A DNA stretch of 62,282 nucleotides, counting the filler. It is 5 parts of 5 records of this genome, joined end to end, with 100 filler letters (N's around TTAATTAATTAA, not from the genome) between each part and the next. Parts side by side here need not be neighbours in the genome. Positions count along the whole stretch, not along the records: positions 29,508 to 53,580 come from SRR2962707_5375; positions 53,681 to 62,282 come from SRR2962707_5387; 3 more parts are not named here. The stretch is one strand, 5' to 3'. Shown here piece after piece: positions 48,956 to 59,700 of this stretch. The notes beneath the pieces are model-generated. The model was not told the origin of the DNA. It did not search any database and saw nothing but the letters and a program-made list of their open reading frames with translations. The translations under genes were made by a program, and so were the position numbers. Each line of letters starts with the position of its first letter. The first letter of the stretch is position 1.

Positions 48956-49947
48956 AGGAAGTTCGCCAGTGATAGTTGCGACATTCTTACGGTGACAGAA
49001 TAGATGCTTTGCAGTTGAAACTGGACTTCTTCTAGCTTTGTTGCAGCTTCATATGGATCGACTTGCAATAGCGCTGATTTCTCGTATTCCATGGCACTCA
49101 TCTCGGTGGCATTTCGCGTCGCAGAGCTATCTATCTGTGCTTCGAGGGCCCCGACTTTCGCTCTTAGTGATGTAAGCGAATCTCTTGATCCTAACAGCGA
49201 AGCACCTGCCTGATTGTAGACTTCTGTTATTTGCTTTTCATCAAGACCAAACGCTGGATCGTCGGCGAGAGCGGCTAAACTTGCAAATAGTAGTGTTTGT
49301 TTGAGAGCTGGATCGGTTGCGCGGACGTTGAATTCGATCTGCTCTGTATCAGAAAGGCGCACTTCTGAAATGTTTGCTGACCCGCCATTATAAAATGCAA
49401 GATCGTAGCCCGTCGAACTATTAAACCAGGCTTCAGCCGCCGTAAACATATCGCTAGGCGTCGCCGCGCCGGCCATTGCCGTCTTTAGTTCAGAAAGTAA
49501 CACCGTTGATGTTTCGGTCGGAGGTCTGTCGGTTGCGGTACCGCCAAAAATACTGCGCCCCGCTGACGTCGTATTCAGTACACCGACCAGCATGTCGACG
49601 GCCGCGTTGGCCTCTTCTGCGGTCCCGCCGGAGGTCGCACCAATAGCGCTTACAATCAAGCTGTTGGCAAGCTGCTCACCTACGTCTTGAAACCGGCCGA
49701 GTGTTGTCTGGATGCTACCGGCAAAGATACTCGCCTCGGCGGTGACGGTCTTATATCCGCTCAGAACTTCGAGGTTTCTCTCCACTTCTGTCAAATAGCT
49801 GTAGTTCCCTTTCAGAGCTTGACGGACGTCGGCAACTTGCCCGGTCGTAAGCTCCTGCGTTAGGCGCGCCATCTGTTGTTTAAGGTCACTGCTGCGATGT
49901 CGCAGCATGAAGGACTGAGCGAGATCTCCGATAGACATATTACTCAT
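48952..49947 (-). CDS. flgL: Hook-associated protein FlgL (flagellin family)
   Basis: ELTTG, GRSIFGG, VDPYEAATKL, LSLANFL; directly downstream of flgK. Confidence 0.85.
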   Translation of the reverse strand: MSNMSIGDLAQSFMLRHRSSDLKQQMARLTQELTTGQVADVRQALKGNYSYLTEVERNLEVLSGYKTVTAEASIFAGSIQTTLGRFQDVGEQLANSLIVSAIGATSGGTAEEANAAVDMLVGVLNTTSAGRSIFGGTATDRPPTETSTVLLSELKTAMAGAATPSDMFTAAEAWFNSSTGYDLAFYNGGSANISEVRLSDTEQIEFNVRATDPALKQTLLFASLAALADDPAFGLDEKQITEVYNQAGASLLGSRDSLTSLRAKVGALEAQIDSSATRNATEMSAMEYEKSALLQVDPYEAATKLEEVQFQLQSIYSVTVRMSQLSLANFL

Positions 49948-49949
49948 AA

Positions 49950-51404
49950 TTATAGCCCCAGCAGTGTTTGCATTAATTCATCGACGGTCTGGAGCATGCG
50001 CGCGTTCGCGGCAAAGGCTTGCTCGACCAGCAGAAGTTTTTGTAATTCTTGATCGCTATCGACGCCGTCGCCAAGCAACCTTTCGGTCAGTTCGGAAACC
50101 TGTGCTGCGTTAAAACTTAGTGTGTTTTCAGCGGTGTTTCGTTGGACAGCGTAATGTGACGTAAGCACCGAAGCCAGATCGATGGCAGAGTATTTTCCAC
50201 CGGTGAACATTCCGCTTGCCGCCGGTCGCGATGATGTCAGCGCATCAACCAGCCGGTTCAGTTGCGACCCGTCCCCGACATCCCCCGTCGACGCAGCGAG
50301 CAACCCATCTCTCAAACGCCAGGCTTCGCCACCTTGCTTCGGGTCCACAGCGGCGTTGATCGACAGGCGACGCGCAAGTCCGATTTCATCAGCGGGGTCG
50401 AATGCTCCGCCCTCGTCAGTGAAAAGACCGGGGCTTGTTGCGCTAAGAGTCAAATCTACCGCGGGATCCTGGAAACGTTCAATCAGATCACGGGCCAGCG
50501 CATCAAGTTGGCTTTGCGCTTCGACGGCGATGTCATCACGTATCTTAAACTGCGCTGCGATTGATCCGCCTGACAAACCGCCTTTGTCTGATCCCATGCC
50601 GATTGGATAGCCATTCACCGTTATCCCGGACAACGTCCCAGCGTTTATATCATGGTACGGCGTGACGGTGTTGGTCTTTTCAAAGCCGACTTCGACTGCT
50701 GTGCTATCAAGCAGGATAACGCCGCCGGATGAATATAGTGCAACTTGGCCATTGTCTCGGGGTACGGTTCTAACAGGGACAAGAGTGCTAATTTCGTCGA
50801 TCAACATTTGCCGTTGATCCACAAGCGCATGGTTCTGATTGCCTTGAACCTGCGATTTTGTGATCATTTTGTTCAGAGAATGAACTTGTGACAGCGCAGA
50901 ATTCAGCCGATCAACCTGTATGCCGATGGTTCTGTCGGCATTGGTACGTGCGTCTTGAAGTGTTTGGGACGCTTTGACAAAACTGGTTGCCAGGTTGCTG
51001 GCCGTCGCAACGGCAGCGGATAACCGTTCTGGCGCGTCTGGCCGGCTTGCCGCCGTAATCAGGTCAGTCTCGAGAACGGCCATCTGTGCTGTAAGCGACG
51101 TCGGATCGTTAGGCGAACCGACTAGATTTTCGATGGTCGTATAGATGCCGTGAAGCGCCGATGCATTCGCATTTGCCGCCTCGGCCAACCGTTTGTCCTG
51201 GGCCAAACTCTCATTCATTTGACGGCCGACGCCACTGATCGTGACGCCGCCATTTGTTGAGGATGCATTCGACGAAAGTTCCAATATCCGCATGCCATAG
51301 CCGGGCGTCAGCGCATTGGAAATGTTTGCGGCGATAACCTCGGATCCACGACCAGCCGCTTGAAGACCTTGCATCGCGTTTGATAGTGCACCGGTAATAC
51401 TCAT
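49950..51404 (-). CDS. flgK: Hook-associated protein FlgK
   Basis: NISNALTPGY, DQRQ.LIDE, GVDSDQEL..LL.VEQAFAANAR. Confidence 0.93.
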   Translation of the reverse strand: MSITGALSNAMQGLQAAGRGSEVIAANISNALTPGYGMRILELSSNASSTNGGVTISGVGRQMNESLAQDKRLAEAANANASALHGIYTTIENLVGSPNDPTSLTAQMAVLETDLITAASRPDAPERLSAAVATASNLATSFVKASQTLQDARTNADRTIGIQVDRLNSALSQVHSLNKMITKSQVQGNQNHALVDQRQMLIDEISTLVPVRTVPRDNGQVALYSSGGVILLDSTAVEVGFEKTNTVTPYHDINAGTLSGITVNGYPIGMGSDKGGLSGGSIAAQFKIRDDIAVEAQSQLDALARDLIERFQDPAVDLTLSATSPGLFTDEGGAFDPADEIGLARRLSINAAVDPKQGGEAWRLRDGLLAASTGDVGDGSQLNRLVDALTSSRPAASGMFTGGKYSAIDLASVLTSHYAVQRNTAENTLSFNAAQVSELTERLLGDGVDSDQELQKLLLVEQAFAANARMLQTVDELMQTLLGL

Positions 51405-51447
51405 ATTAACCTCGCGTTCACTCTATTGGGATGTTGATCACCTATGA

Positions 51448-52755
51448 TCAGCGTTTGATGTTTGTGGTTTCTTGCAGCATCTCATCAACGGTCTGGATGA
51501 CTTTTGCGTTTGACGAATAGGCGCGCTGTGTACGGATCATTGTGGTAAGCTCTGTTGCCACATCGGTTGTGGATTCTTCTCGGGCATAGCTCTTGATGTC
51601 ACCCGTAGGTCCGTCACCCGCATCCCAAAGAAAGTATGCGCCACTTTCGGGGGAGATCATGTAAGTTTGAGCGTCCAGGGAAACGAGCCCTTCGGCGTTT
51701 GGCAAGTCGACCAATGGGATCTGATAGATCGTCTTGCGCAATCCATTGTCATACAGAACATTCACGTATCCATTCGCGTCGACTTCGACCGATGCCATAT
51801 TACCAACCGGGGACCCGTCTTTAGTAAGTGCAATCGGCGCAAAACTGTCGGAGAGTTGAGAAAGCCCGGTTCCGCTGTTGACGGCGCCGATGTTGAATTC
51901 GATCGGACCGCTGGCAGCATTGATAATCATCGCGCCGGTAACAGGGTCGTAGCCGCCACCTGATACTGTCGTGACAGAGCCAATTGTGCCCCCGGACGTG
52001 CGACTGTCGTCAAAGGTAATGACGTATTCACCGACCACTGCGCCACCTTGGGCCGAGTCTGTCAGAATCGCGGTCCATTCATTAGATGCGCCCGACGCTG
52101 GAACGGTCGGGGCGAACTCCATCGAGATACTTTTCGAGGTACCTAGGTTGTCGAAGTATTCGATCGACAGCACCTGCGACTCGCCTGAGCCGTTCGCCTC
52201 TGTCGCTGTTGCTGGCAAGTTCAGACTCATATTAACTTTGGTAGTAGGGTCGCCACTTAAGCTCAGTGCGAATTGGACCGGGCTTAGCCCGTCGTTCGTA
52301 TCGCGGGGGAAGTTTGGAACACTCCCATCCTGATTTGCGGGCCACCCGAGCAATAGAAGGCCAGTTTCGGTCGTTAGCAATCCATCTGAATCCAGCCGGA
52401 ATGAACCGGTCGTGGCAAGCATCATCTGACCGCTGCTGTCGCCGTTTGGGTCGGCCTCAAAGGCACTTTTTGTGGTGACCGGCAGAAAACCACGTCCACG
52501 CACAGCCAGATCGGTTGAGTTCGACGTGCTGATTACAGCGCCACTTTCGCTTACTAACCGGTTGGAAGAGGCACGCACACCACCTGCGGTATAGCCACTG
52601 ATGCCGTCGCTGAGCACCAATGAATTAAAGTCAGTGACGACACGCTTATAGCCATATGTGGATGAGTTCGCGATGTTGTCCGAAACGGCGGCCAAACGCG
52701 TTGCGTTGGCCTGTAATCCTGCAACCCCTGCGTTGAGCGAAGATGAAATTGTCAT
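51448..52755 (-). CDS. flgE: Flagellar hook protein FlgE
   Basis: SDNIANSSTYGYK, TDLAVRGRGF, ELTTMIRTQRAYSSNAKVIQT. Confidence 0.95.
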   Translation of the reverse strand: MTISSSLNAGVAGLQANATRLAAVSDNIANSSTYGYKRVVTDFNSLVLSDGISGYTAGGVRASSNRLVSESGAVISTSNSTDLAVRGRGFLPVTTKSAFEADPNGDSSGQMMLATTGSFRLDSDGLLTTETGLLLLGWPANQDGSVPNFPRDTNDGLSPVQFALSLSGDPTTKVNMSLNLPATATEANGSGESQVLSIEYFDNLGTSKSISMEFAPTVPASGASNEWTAILTDSAQGGAVVGEYVITFDDSRTSGGTIGSVTTVSGGGYDPVTGAMIINAASGPIEFNIGAVNSGTGLSQLSDSFAPIALTKDGSPVGNMASVEVDANGYVNVLYDNGLRKTIYQIPLVDLPNAEGLVSLDAQTYMISPESGAYFLWDAGDGPTGDIKSYAREESTTDVATELTTMIRTQRAYSSNAKVIQTVDEMLQETTNIKR

Positions 52756-52812
52756 GCGCTAGCCTTTCTGTTGTTCCAATCGATGTTGGTTCAACACATA
52801 GGCGCTTCTGAC

Positions 52813-52828
52813 TTAACGCCTGACTAAC
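52813..52828. promoter_or_regulatory. CtrA-like box upstream of flgE
   Basis: TTAA-CGCCTGA-CTAAC. Confidence 0.65.
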
Positions 52829-52856
52829 AGATAAAATACACCATAGTTCTCGGCCG

Positions 52857-53580
52857 TTATTCCCGCAGCAAAATCACCTGTAGCCGGTTGTTGCGCACAT
52901 CCATTGTGTTTTCGGTTTCTGGCTTCCTGTCTGCGTAACCTATTACTTTTTGTACCCTTTTCGGATCGTCCAGATGTTTTTCAAGCAGCTTCCGGGTTTC
53001 GGTCGCACGCCGCGACGACAGATCCCAAACAGGGTTCTCAATCGCTACAATTGGATTGGAACGGACATATCCAGCCACTGAAATGTCATTCACAACAACT
53101 TTGACCGCGTCGGCGATGACATAGAGTAGTTGTTCAAGAAGCGGAGACGCCGTATCCGTACCCGGTTTGAACAGGGTTGTGTCCTCGACGTCGAATAGCT
53201 CGATAATCATGCCTTCGTCGGTGACCTTTGTGATCACGTGGCGTTTCAGCTCGTCCATCACCATGGATTCGCCCCCACGCCCCATGAGCGTTTCATCCAC
53301 CACTTTGAAACGCTCGTTCTCGCCTTCGCTGTCTGGTCCGGCATTCGCGTCTTGGCCTTTGGCTTGGTCTTCTGATCCTGACGCGCCAGTACCGTTTTTG
53401 GGAACTGTCATTTCTGTGAAAATGCTATCACCAGACAGCGCACCGTCACCACCACCGGAAACCCGCATGATAGGGATCGAAGGGGAAAAATAATCAGCAA
53501 GCCCCTTACGTTGTTGTTCTGTTGTCGCGTTCAGCAGCCACATCAACATAAAAAAGGCCATCATCGCGGTCACGAAGTCC
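52857..53580 (-). CDS. motB: Flagellar stator protein MotB (5'-truncated)
   Basis: DFVTAMMAFFMLMWL TM helix with the conserved Asp; OmpA-like domain WDLSSRRA, RNNR. Confidence 0.95.
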
Positions 53581-53680
53581 NNNNNNNNNNNNNNNNNNNN
53601 NNNNNNNNNNNNNNNNNNNNNNNNTTAATTAATTAANNNNNNNNNNNNNNNNNNNNNNNNNNNNNNNNNNNNNNNNNNNN
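53581..53680. other. Artificial contig spacer
   Basis: N44-TTAATTAATTAA-N44. Confidence 0.98.
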
Positions 53681-53794
53681 AAAACAAAAAAAAACAAAAA
53701 AAAACAAAGAAAGTCCGTTGACGATCAGCACCGCAACAAAACCAACCAATACTGATGTGGCACGATCGCACTCTCATGCACTCCATTCACTCAC

Positions 53795-56700
53795 CGTATC
53801 GTCAACATTCCCAAGAAAACTACAGCAAAAATACCACTCCCGGAAGCACGCCGGGCACTCAGCAGCTGCAATGATAGAAAACACGCAGCCGCAAGCACTG
53901 CTAATTGAGACGTTACGGGCCAGGCAAAGTGAAACGCATCCCATGCTGCCAGCAACAATCGCTGCGATCGGCCGGGGCGCCGCAGTTCATCAAATCTGCA
54001 AGTGATGCACCGAAGCCACCAACAAGCATCAAAGTAGCATGTCGATTAGATTGATTCACCAATGCAACGTTCAAGAAAGACATCAGTAAAATAGCCGGTC
54101 GTAATCCACAGTCCAAAACTTCGCTCTCACTAGTTTCAATCCTAACCAACGCAGGCCATGTCGCAAGCATGGGCATCATTCACCCTCTCTGCAACGTAGA
54201 ACTACAAGCAGTGCGTACTTTCGTAAAATCCACGGGAGTCGTGGATCATCTATATCCTGACTCAGATTCAGGATGGGTGTTGGCGGGCCTCGAGGTTGTG
54301 GTGGCACAAAGACTGGCCACGCAGGATCAATTGCTTCTCCTGGAAGATCAAGCACGGCTGGGTTGAGGCCTTCTTCCACCATTTTCTCTTTGACCTTTCA
54401 CATTCAAATTCACCACAACATTCAGCAACACGATAAAAAGCAAAAAAAAAAATTGGAGGTGCTGTAAATGTAAAGTACAGCATGCAAAGACCACAAAATC
54501 ATCCTCACCGTCTCAGCAGGGATTCCATCGCGAAGCATTTTGAAAAAAATCTGGTAAACGTAAACATGCTTAATGCGTGGTGCGCCTGCCGGAACCATGC
54601 CTTTCTCCTGTGCCTTCATCGTTGTGGCCTGTGGCAGCACGAATTCATTACCTCACACAAGTCAAGACTGAGAACTCCAAGCCCAGCCCCATCCAAAAAT
54701 GGGTGTTCCAAAATCGATTACAACCTCGCGCCAACATCACTTGGGCACAATCGAGCATTCAAGCTACAATCTTGCAATGAAAACATTACCTGTAGCTTTG
54801 CATGCTGTTTCTGAGCTTCAGCAACCTCCTCTTCGTGCTCTTTTTTCGCGAAGGCAAGAGCTACTCGAGTAGGAGGAGGAAGTGGAAGATCAAACGTTTG
54901 ACCCGACCACTGGAGCAGAGGGCGAAGTAGATGTCGCCCTGCAGCCATCTAAAACGATTTTTGCAGAGCAGGCTCGTAAAATTTGATAAACACAGCCTCG
55001 CTTCTGAACGCAAAACTAAAGCTCATGATCAAACACAATGCCCTACCTGATGCAGGAAAGCTTGTGCGTGGCGCTGAGAACGCAACGAAGCCTGCAGTGG
55101 AGCTCCCGCATAGAGTGGGCAACATTGGAGAACAACAAACACTCCGAGCAACAAGAGCTGTAGTCCAACGAAAAGCAAGGCCATTTCCCAGCTCAGATTA
55201 AAACCAAACCCAAACACCACTCCAATTCCGATAAAGTACTGAAGATATCTGCACCAAGCAAGGCATTGCAGAGAAAATCCTTGAACAACTTTTATCCTCT
55301 TTTCGTGACGGCAGTGCGTTCAAGTAAGTTCCACGAACATGATGATCGCATCCAATGCTGCATTATTGGCCTCCGAAGCACCCTCTTTCCACATTCGCAC
55401 AAGACCAGCATCTTGTTCCCCTGGCTGGTGGAGTCGCGCCCCACGCAATGGTATGCCTTTCCTGCGAATATACATGGCAGTACCACTCGAAGGCTGGCTT
55501 GCGGTGGATTCGTCGAAAATCTCATCGGGGACCACGCTACCGTCTAAAGATCAAAAGGTCCACAATCTTAGAACAAGGAATTCCAGTAAAAACCGAGTAA
55601 TCAATGACCATGAGTATGCGAAACGAACCATGCGATTCGGCACACAAGAGATTCATTGAGTGGGTCTTGCTGGACAAGCCACCAACTGTTTGAAGATCGT
55701 GCCACTCCACATCTTGCACCAATAACGCCTGAAATATTTTCTGGCGCAGAAGACGTGTGCTATTGGCATGAAGGCGTCCAATGGTAGCCCCAACACCGAT
55801 CCATCCAAAAACGCAGACTGCTGCAACAAGCAGGAACAGCTCGAGCCCGGATGCTGTGGATGCGCTGAGACCGTTGATGCATCGGCCAAGCTCCATAACG
55901 CCATCGTCACAGTCCAGCACAGTCTCTGTTCCCACCTTTCAGAGTCAACACAATGCGGAACTTTTCAGACACTGTTCAGGAACAGATTAGCGCGCTTTAT
56001 TGGATTCGGACCACAACCTACCTTGTAGGATGAACAGCCATACAACGTAATATTTGCAAAAAATTCGACGAGAGCGATGGCGTCCCAAAAGGTGCGTGTC
56101 TGGGCAGTGATGCTGAGCCCAAGAAGTTTACAAAGGAATCAATATGCTGTCAAAACTCAATATTGATGCAGTCTTCACCGAGCAAAGCAAGCTCGCGTAT
56201 ACTCTCAGCACGTACGGAACGAAAGTGTTGACCATTTTCCCTCCACCACAGTCGCAGCACGTCATGTTCGCATACCACGGTTCCCCATAAATACGTCCTC
56301 TGCGTGGATTGAAAACCAATGTCATGGAAAAGCAATAATCCTCTACAACGTCTTCCATCAGAACGACATTACAGCACAATCACCAGCATACAGCACACGT
56401 ACGTCCAATCCAATGTGGAATTGCAATCACAGCCGTAAGATTTTCGACCCGATCCGGTCTCGAATGGCGGGCCTTTTGGGACATCTTCGATTGCACTTGT
56501 TTCTGGGTCATCGATAGCAACGAAAGTGCAGTTGTCTCCAGTAACATCACAGAATCCATCACTATCGACATCGACATGGAGGGTCTCAACAGTGAGATTG
56601 CCGGAAAATTCACCGTCATGGCACCTACAGCACAGGATTCCGAATATCCGCAGCCTCGACCAGCTCAGAAACTTGATTTGATCAATTCAGTCGGAATAAC

Positions 56701-59700
56701 ATCTATGTGTGGCGACAATACTTACCACCCTGCACTGCTGTAATTTCCACAACTATAACCAGCATGATCTAACCAGACATCTGTCGTGGACCATTCTCCA
56801 AGAGCAGACTGTGAATACCTGGGTGCCACAGTTTTGTGGGTCTCTCATGATCCAACGTTTCCTCAGTGGATTGACATGCACGTGCGCAGATATCCCACAC
56901 AGCCCATACGTACGGGTAGTCGAAGCACCTATCATGAATGGATACGTTGTGATGATCGAATTCCCCCTGCACATCGATGCCAATCGTAATATTCAAATCT
57001 ACAAAAAACGGAATCGTGACTGGGTTGCATGTTCCAAGTGTGCGGACAATATCCACGACAAGGTATCTGCGTACAGATTTTGTTGTGGTGCATGCATTTA
57101 AACAAAAATGAAACCGAAAATGTGTCACAAGTGGTAGCCACATTTTGATATCCTGCTGCACATAGATCATCGTTGCATACGTACGCATAAAGCGGATAAA
57201 CGACTCCAAGCACCACAGCTAAGAGGCCTCCTACTGCAAAATGCACAATCATCTTGGGAAAAGAAAGACAAATGAGGCGCACGACTTGAGGCCGTCCTTT
57301 TTGCTGCACGTCCGACAACTCCGTCACAGACAGTGGTTCATCACCAAACCAACTCCGGGGCTTCGGAACAACTCTACGAGCATTCATGACAGTAGTGGCT
57401 TTCGCCCGACCTGGCGTTGCTGTGGCCTCTGATGCGCGTTTGACACGCAGTTGCTCGCAAAGTGCATCCAGATCATCGGGAAACAAGTGACCGTCACCGA
57501 AGTTATTCAACTCTACTTTCGCAAGCCACGTAGAAAATGAAAGAACAGTAGGATCTGGTGTGACGCCATCCTTGAGAAGGGCGTCAAAAGTTCCATCCTG
57601 CAGAAGTCATTGCCAACACAGAAACAATTGATCCTGGGCCAGATGTGCAAGATGAGAGAAGTTGCTGTTTGAGCAGTGCGGAACAACATATTGGGCAAAC
57701 AAGGACAGAAACTCATACTTCGATGAGCTTTCCACGTTGGTCGAAAAACAATGCACGGGTGGTACAATCGCGAGCATCATCTGGGTAATCAAACCGGGCA
57801 ACAGTTGTGAACGCCAATGGAGACACAGGAACCATCGTGGAGGAAGTTTTGCCCAGTACAGATTGAAGTATCTTTTTGAACAGGGCCCGTTCTATTGTTC
57901 CGCGTGGCAACATTTGAAACGGTCTGTCCAACACAAGTAGGCTTGGAGCACCAACCAGTGCTCTTGCTAGCAGCACCTACCCAACACAAGTGTGTTAGCA
58001 ATGAGCTACTTTTGCAAAAACCACGGACACACCATCAAACAATAAGAATGGTGCAGATGCGCGCAACTAATTGTGCTCACCTGGCAACATTCAAGGTCTG
58101 ACAACCCATTCGGGCCTCGATCTTGAGGGTCAATCACCTGCTTGAAACCAGTCTTGTACTTAAGCTGAATCCGCTTTGCCAGTCTAACATCCTGACATGC
58201 GCGAAGGACATCTGCTTCGGTCACACCACGTCTGCCAAGAGTAATATTCTCTGTAACTGTACTGCGAATCAAATACCTGAAAAGTACACAGCACATGCCG
58301 AACTCACATGTTGAGCCAGGAATAGACACAAATACGAAAGCTCCACACTTTTTCAGATACGGCACCACAGACTGAACAGAGAGCAAAACGCACCTTCTGC
58401 GTCCAGCAAAAACCCCGACTTTAATACCACGTGCCAGGTGCTCTTGACCGACATAAATATTGCCCAAACTTGGTCCATCGCACTGTTTCTCCAAAACAAA
58501 CGAATTTTTACTAATGCTTCGAACTTCGATCATGGACGGCGAAGTTGGCAGTTTCGGTTCACACAAAGAAGCTTTTTCATCGACTGATGCATCATTCACA
58601 AGCGTGAAAACGCCGTCAACTGACAGCGTTACGAAGCCATCAATTATTGCAGGCGTTGCAATCGATGTATCGAGATCCGTAGTTCCAAGCTCTGGCTCTG
58701 CTGGGCGACGCATTTCTTCGCGAACACGGAAATGATGCGTCGGATACAAATTCAGCACAACGTGGAGCAGACTCTACAGTTGACAAAAAAAAACAAAAGC
58801 AAGTGCCTATGATTTCGCCTGATCATTGTTGACAAGAGCACCATCCAACAGAACTTTTGAAACTTGTACCTCTAAAGTGTCTGCACGAGGACCAGTAACA
58901 GCCACAAGCTCGCCTGGATGAATGGCGAAAGACACGTTATCCAGTTGGAGCGTGTCCTGGAGTTCATGCTCGAAGTCGTTGGAGTCTGTACGCATCGTCG
59001 CATTGTCAACCGCACTGGTCGATTTAGATGCAAGCTCACTCTGCAGTCGCAACGTCTCACAACGAGTGCATCGGATGCGGTGCTCCATAACTCGGTCACG
59101 CAAATGGTTCAGATTCCGAGTAAAGGTGACATTTTCAAAAACAATGCTTGCAGCCGGCTGTGCGGCCTGTAGGCGCTGGCCTTCTTCAGCAATGGCTTTG
59201 CGTCGAGCAGCCTCACGCTTCGACTACAAAGCAACGTCCGTTTAGCCAGGCAACAAAAAAAACCTGTGAGCGCGTTCGCAACGTTGATTGCTTTTTGAAC
59301 CCATTTTTCAGCAACACCACAAATCATTTGTCTTGACCTGTTCAGTTTCAAGCTCAATGTCCCATTTCTTCTTGTCCGTCAGCTCAATGGATGATAGGTC
59401 AGTAATCAACGATGCATCACTTCGACCAACACCAGAACCTGAAGGCGAATCACTATCGCCCGTATTGACATTGATAACTATTCTACTGTCGTAATTTGTT
59501 TTTGTTTCTGTCCATGCTTGTCCATGATGCCACCGAGTGCCTTTCAGAATATCGGAGGTTTTTGGGTCAGTTGTGTCAATGAACTTTTCAGCCTCTCCAA
59601 GAGTCTCAACAGCGTCGGGATCATCTTCGCTGTGATCACTTGGGCTTTTGGCACCAACATCCGCTTCCTTGGTATCAATTTTGTCGTCGCTGACTTCTGG

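Noticed and set aside
48952-49947. Flagellin (fliC) call
   Set aside because: Position after flgK and terminal motifs fit FlgL better
19439-53493. Numerous short overlapping or antisense ORFs in the alphaproteobacterial contigs
   Set aside because: Shadow frames of well-supported genes in GC-rich DNA
56932-57183. Cys-rich tail VCNDDLCAAGY...CRGYCPH of ORF 56932-57510
   Set aside because: Read-through of an intron (GTACGT donor near 57183) followed by the wrong frame; the spliced frame gives PLYAYLVVDIVRTLG
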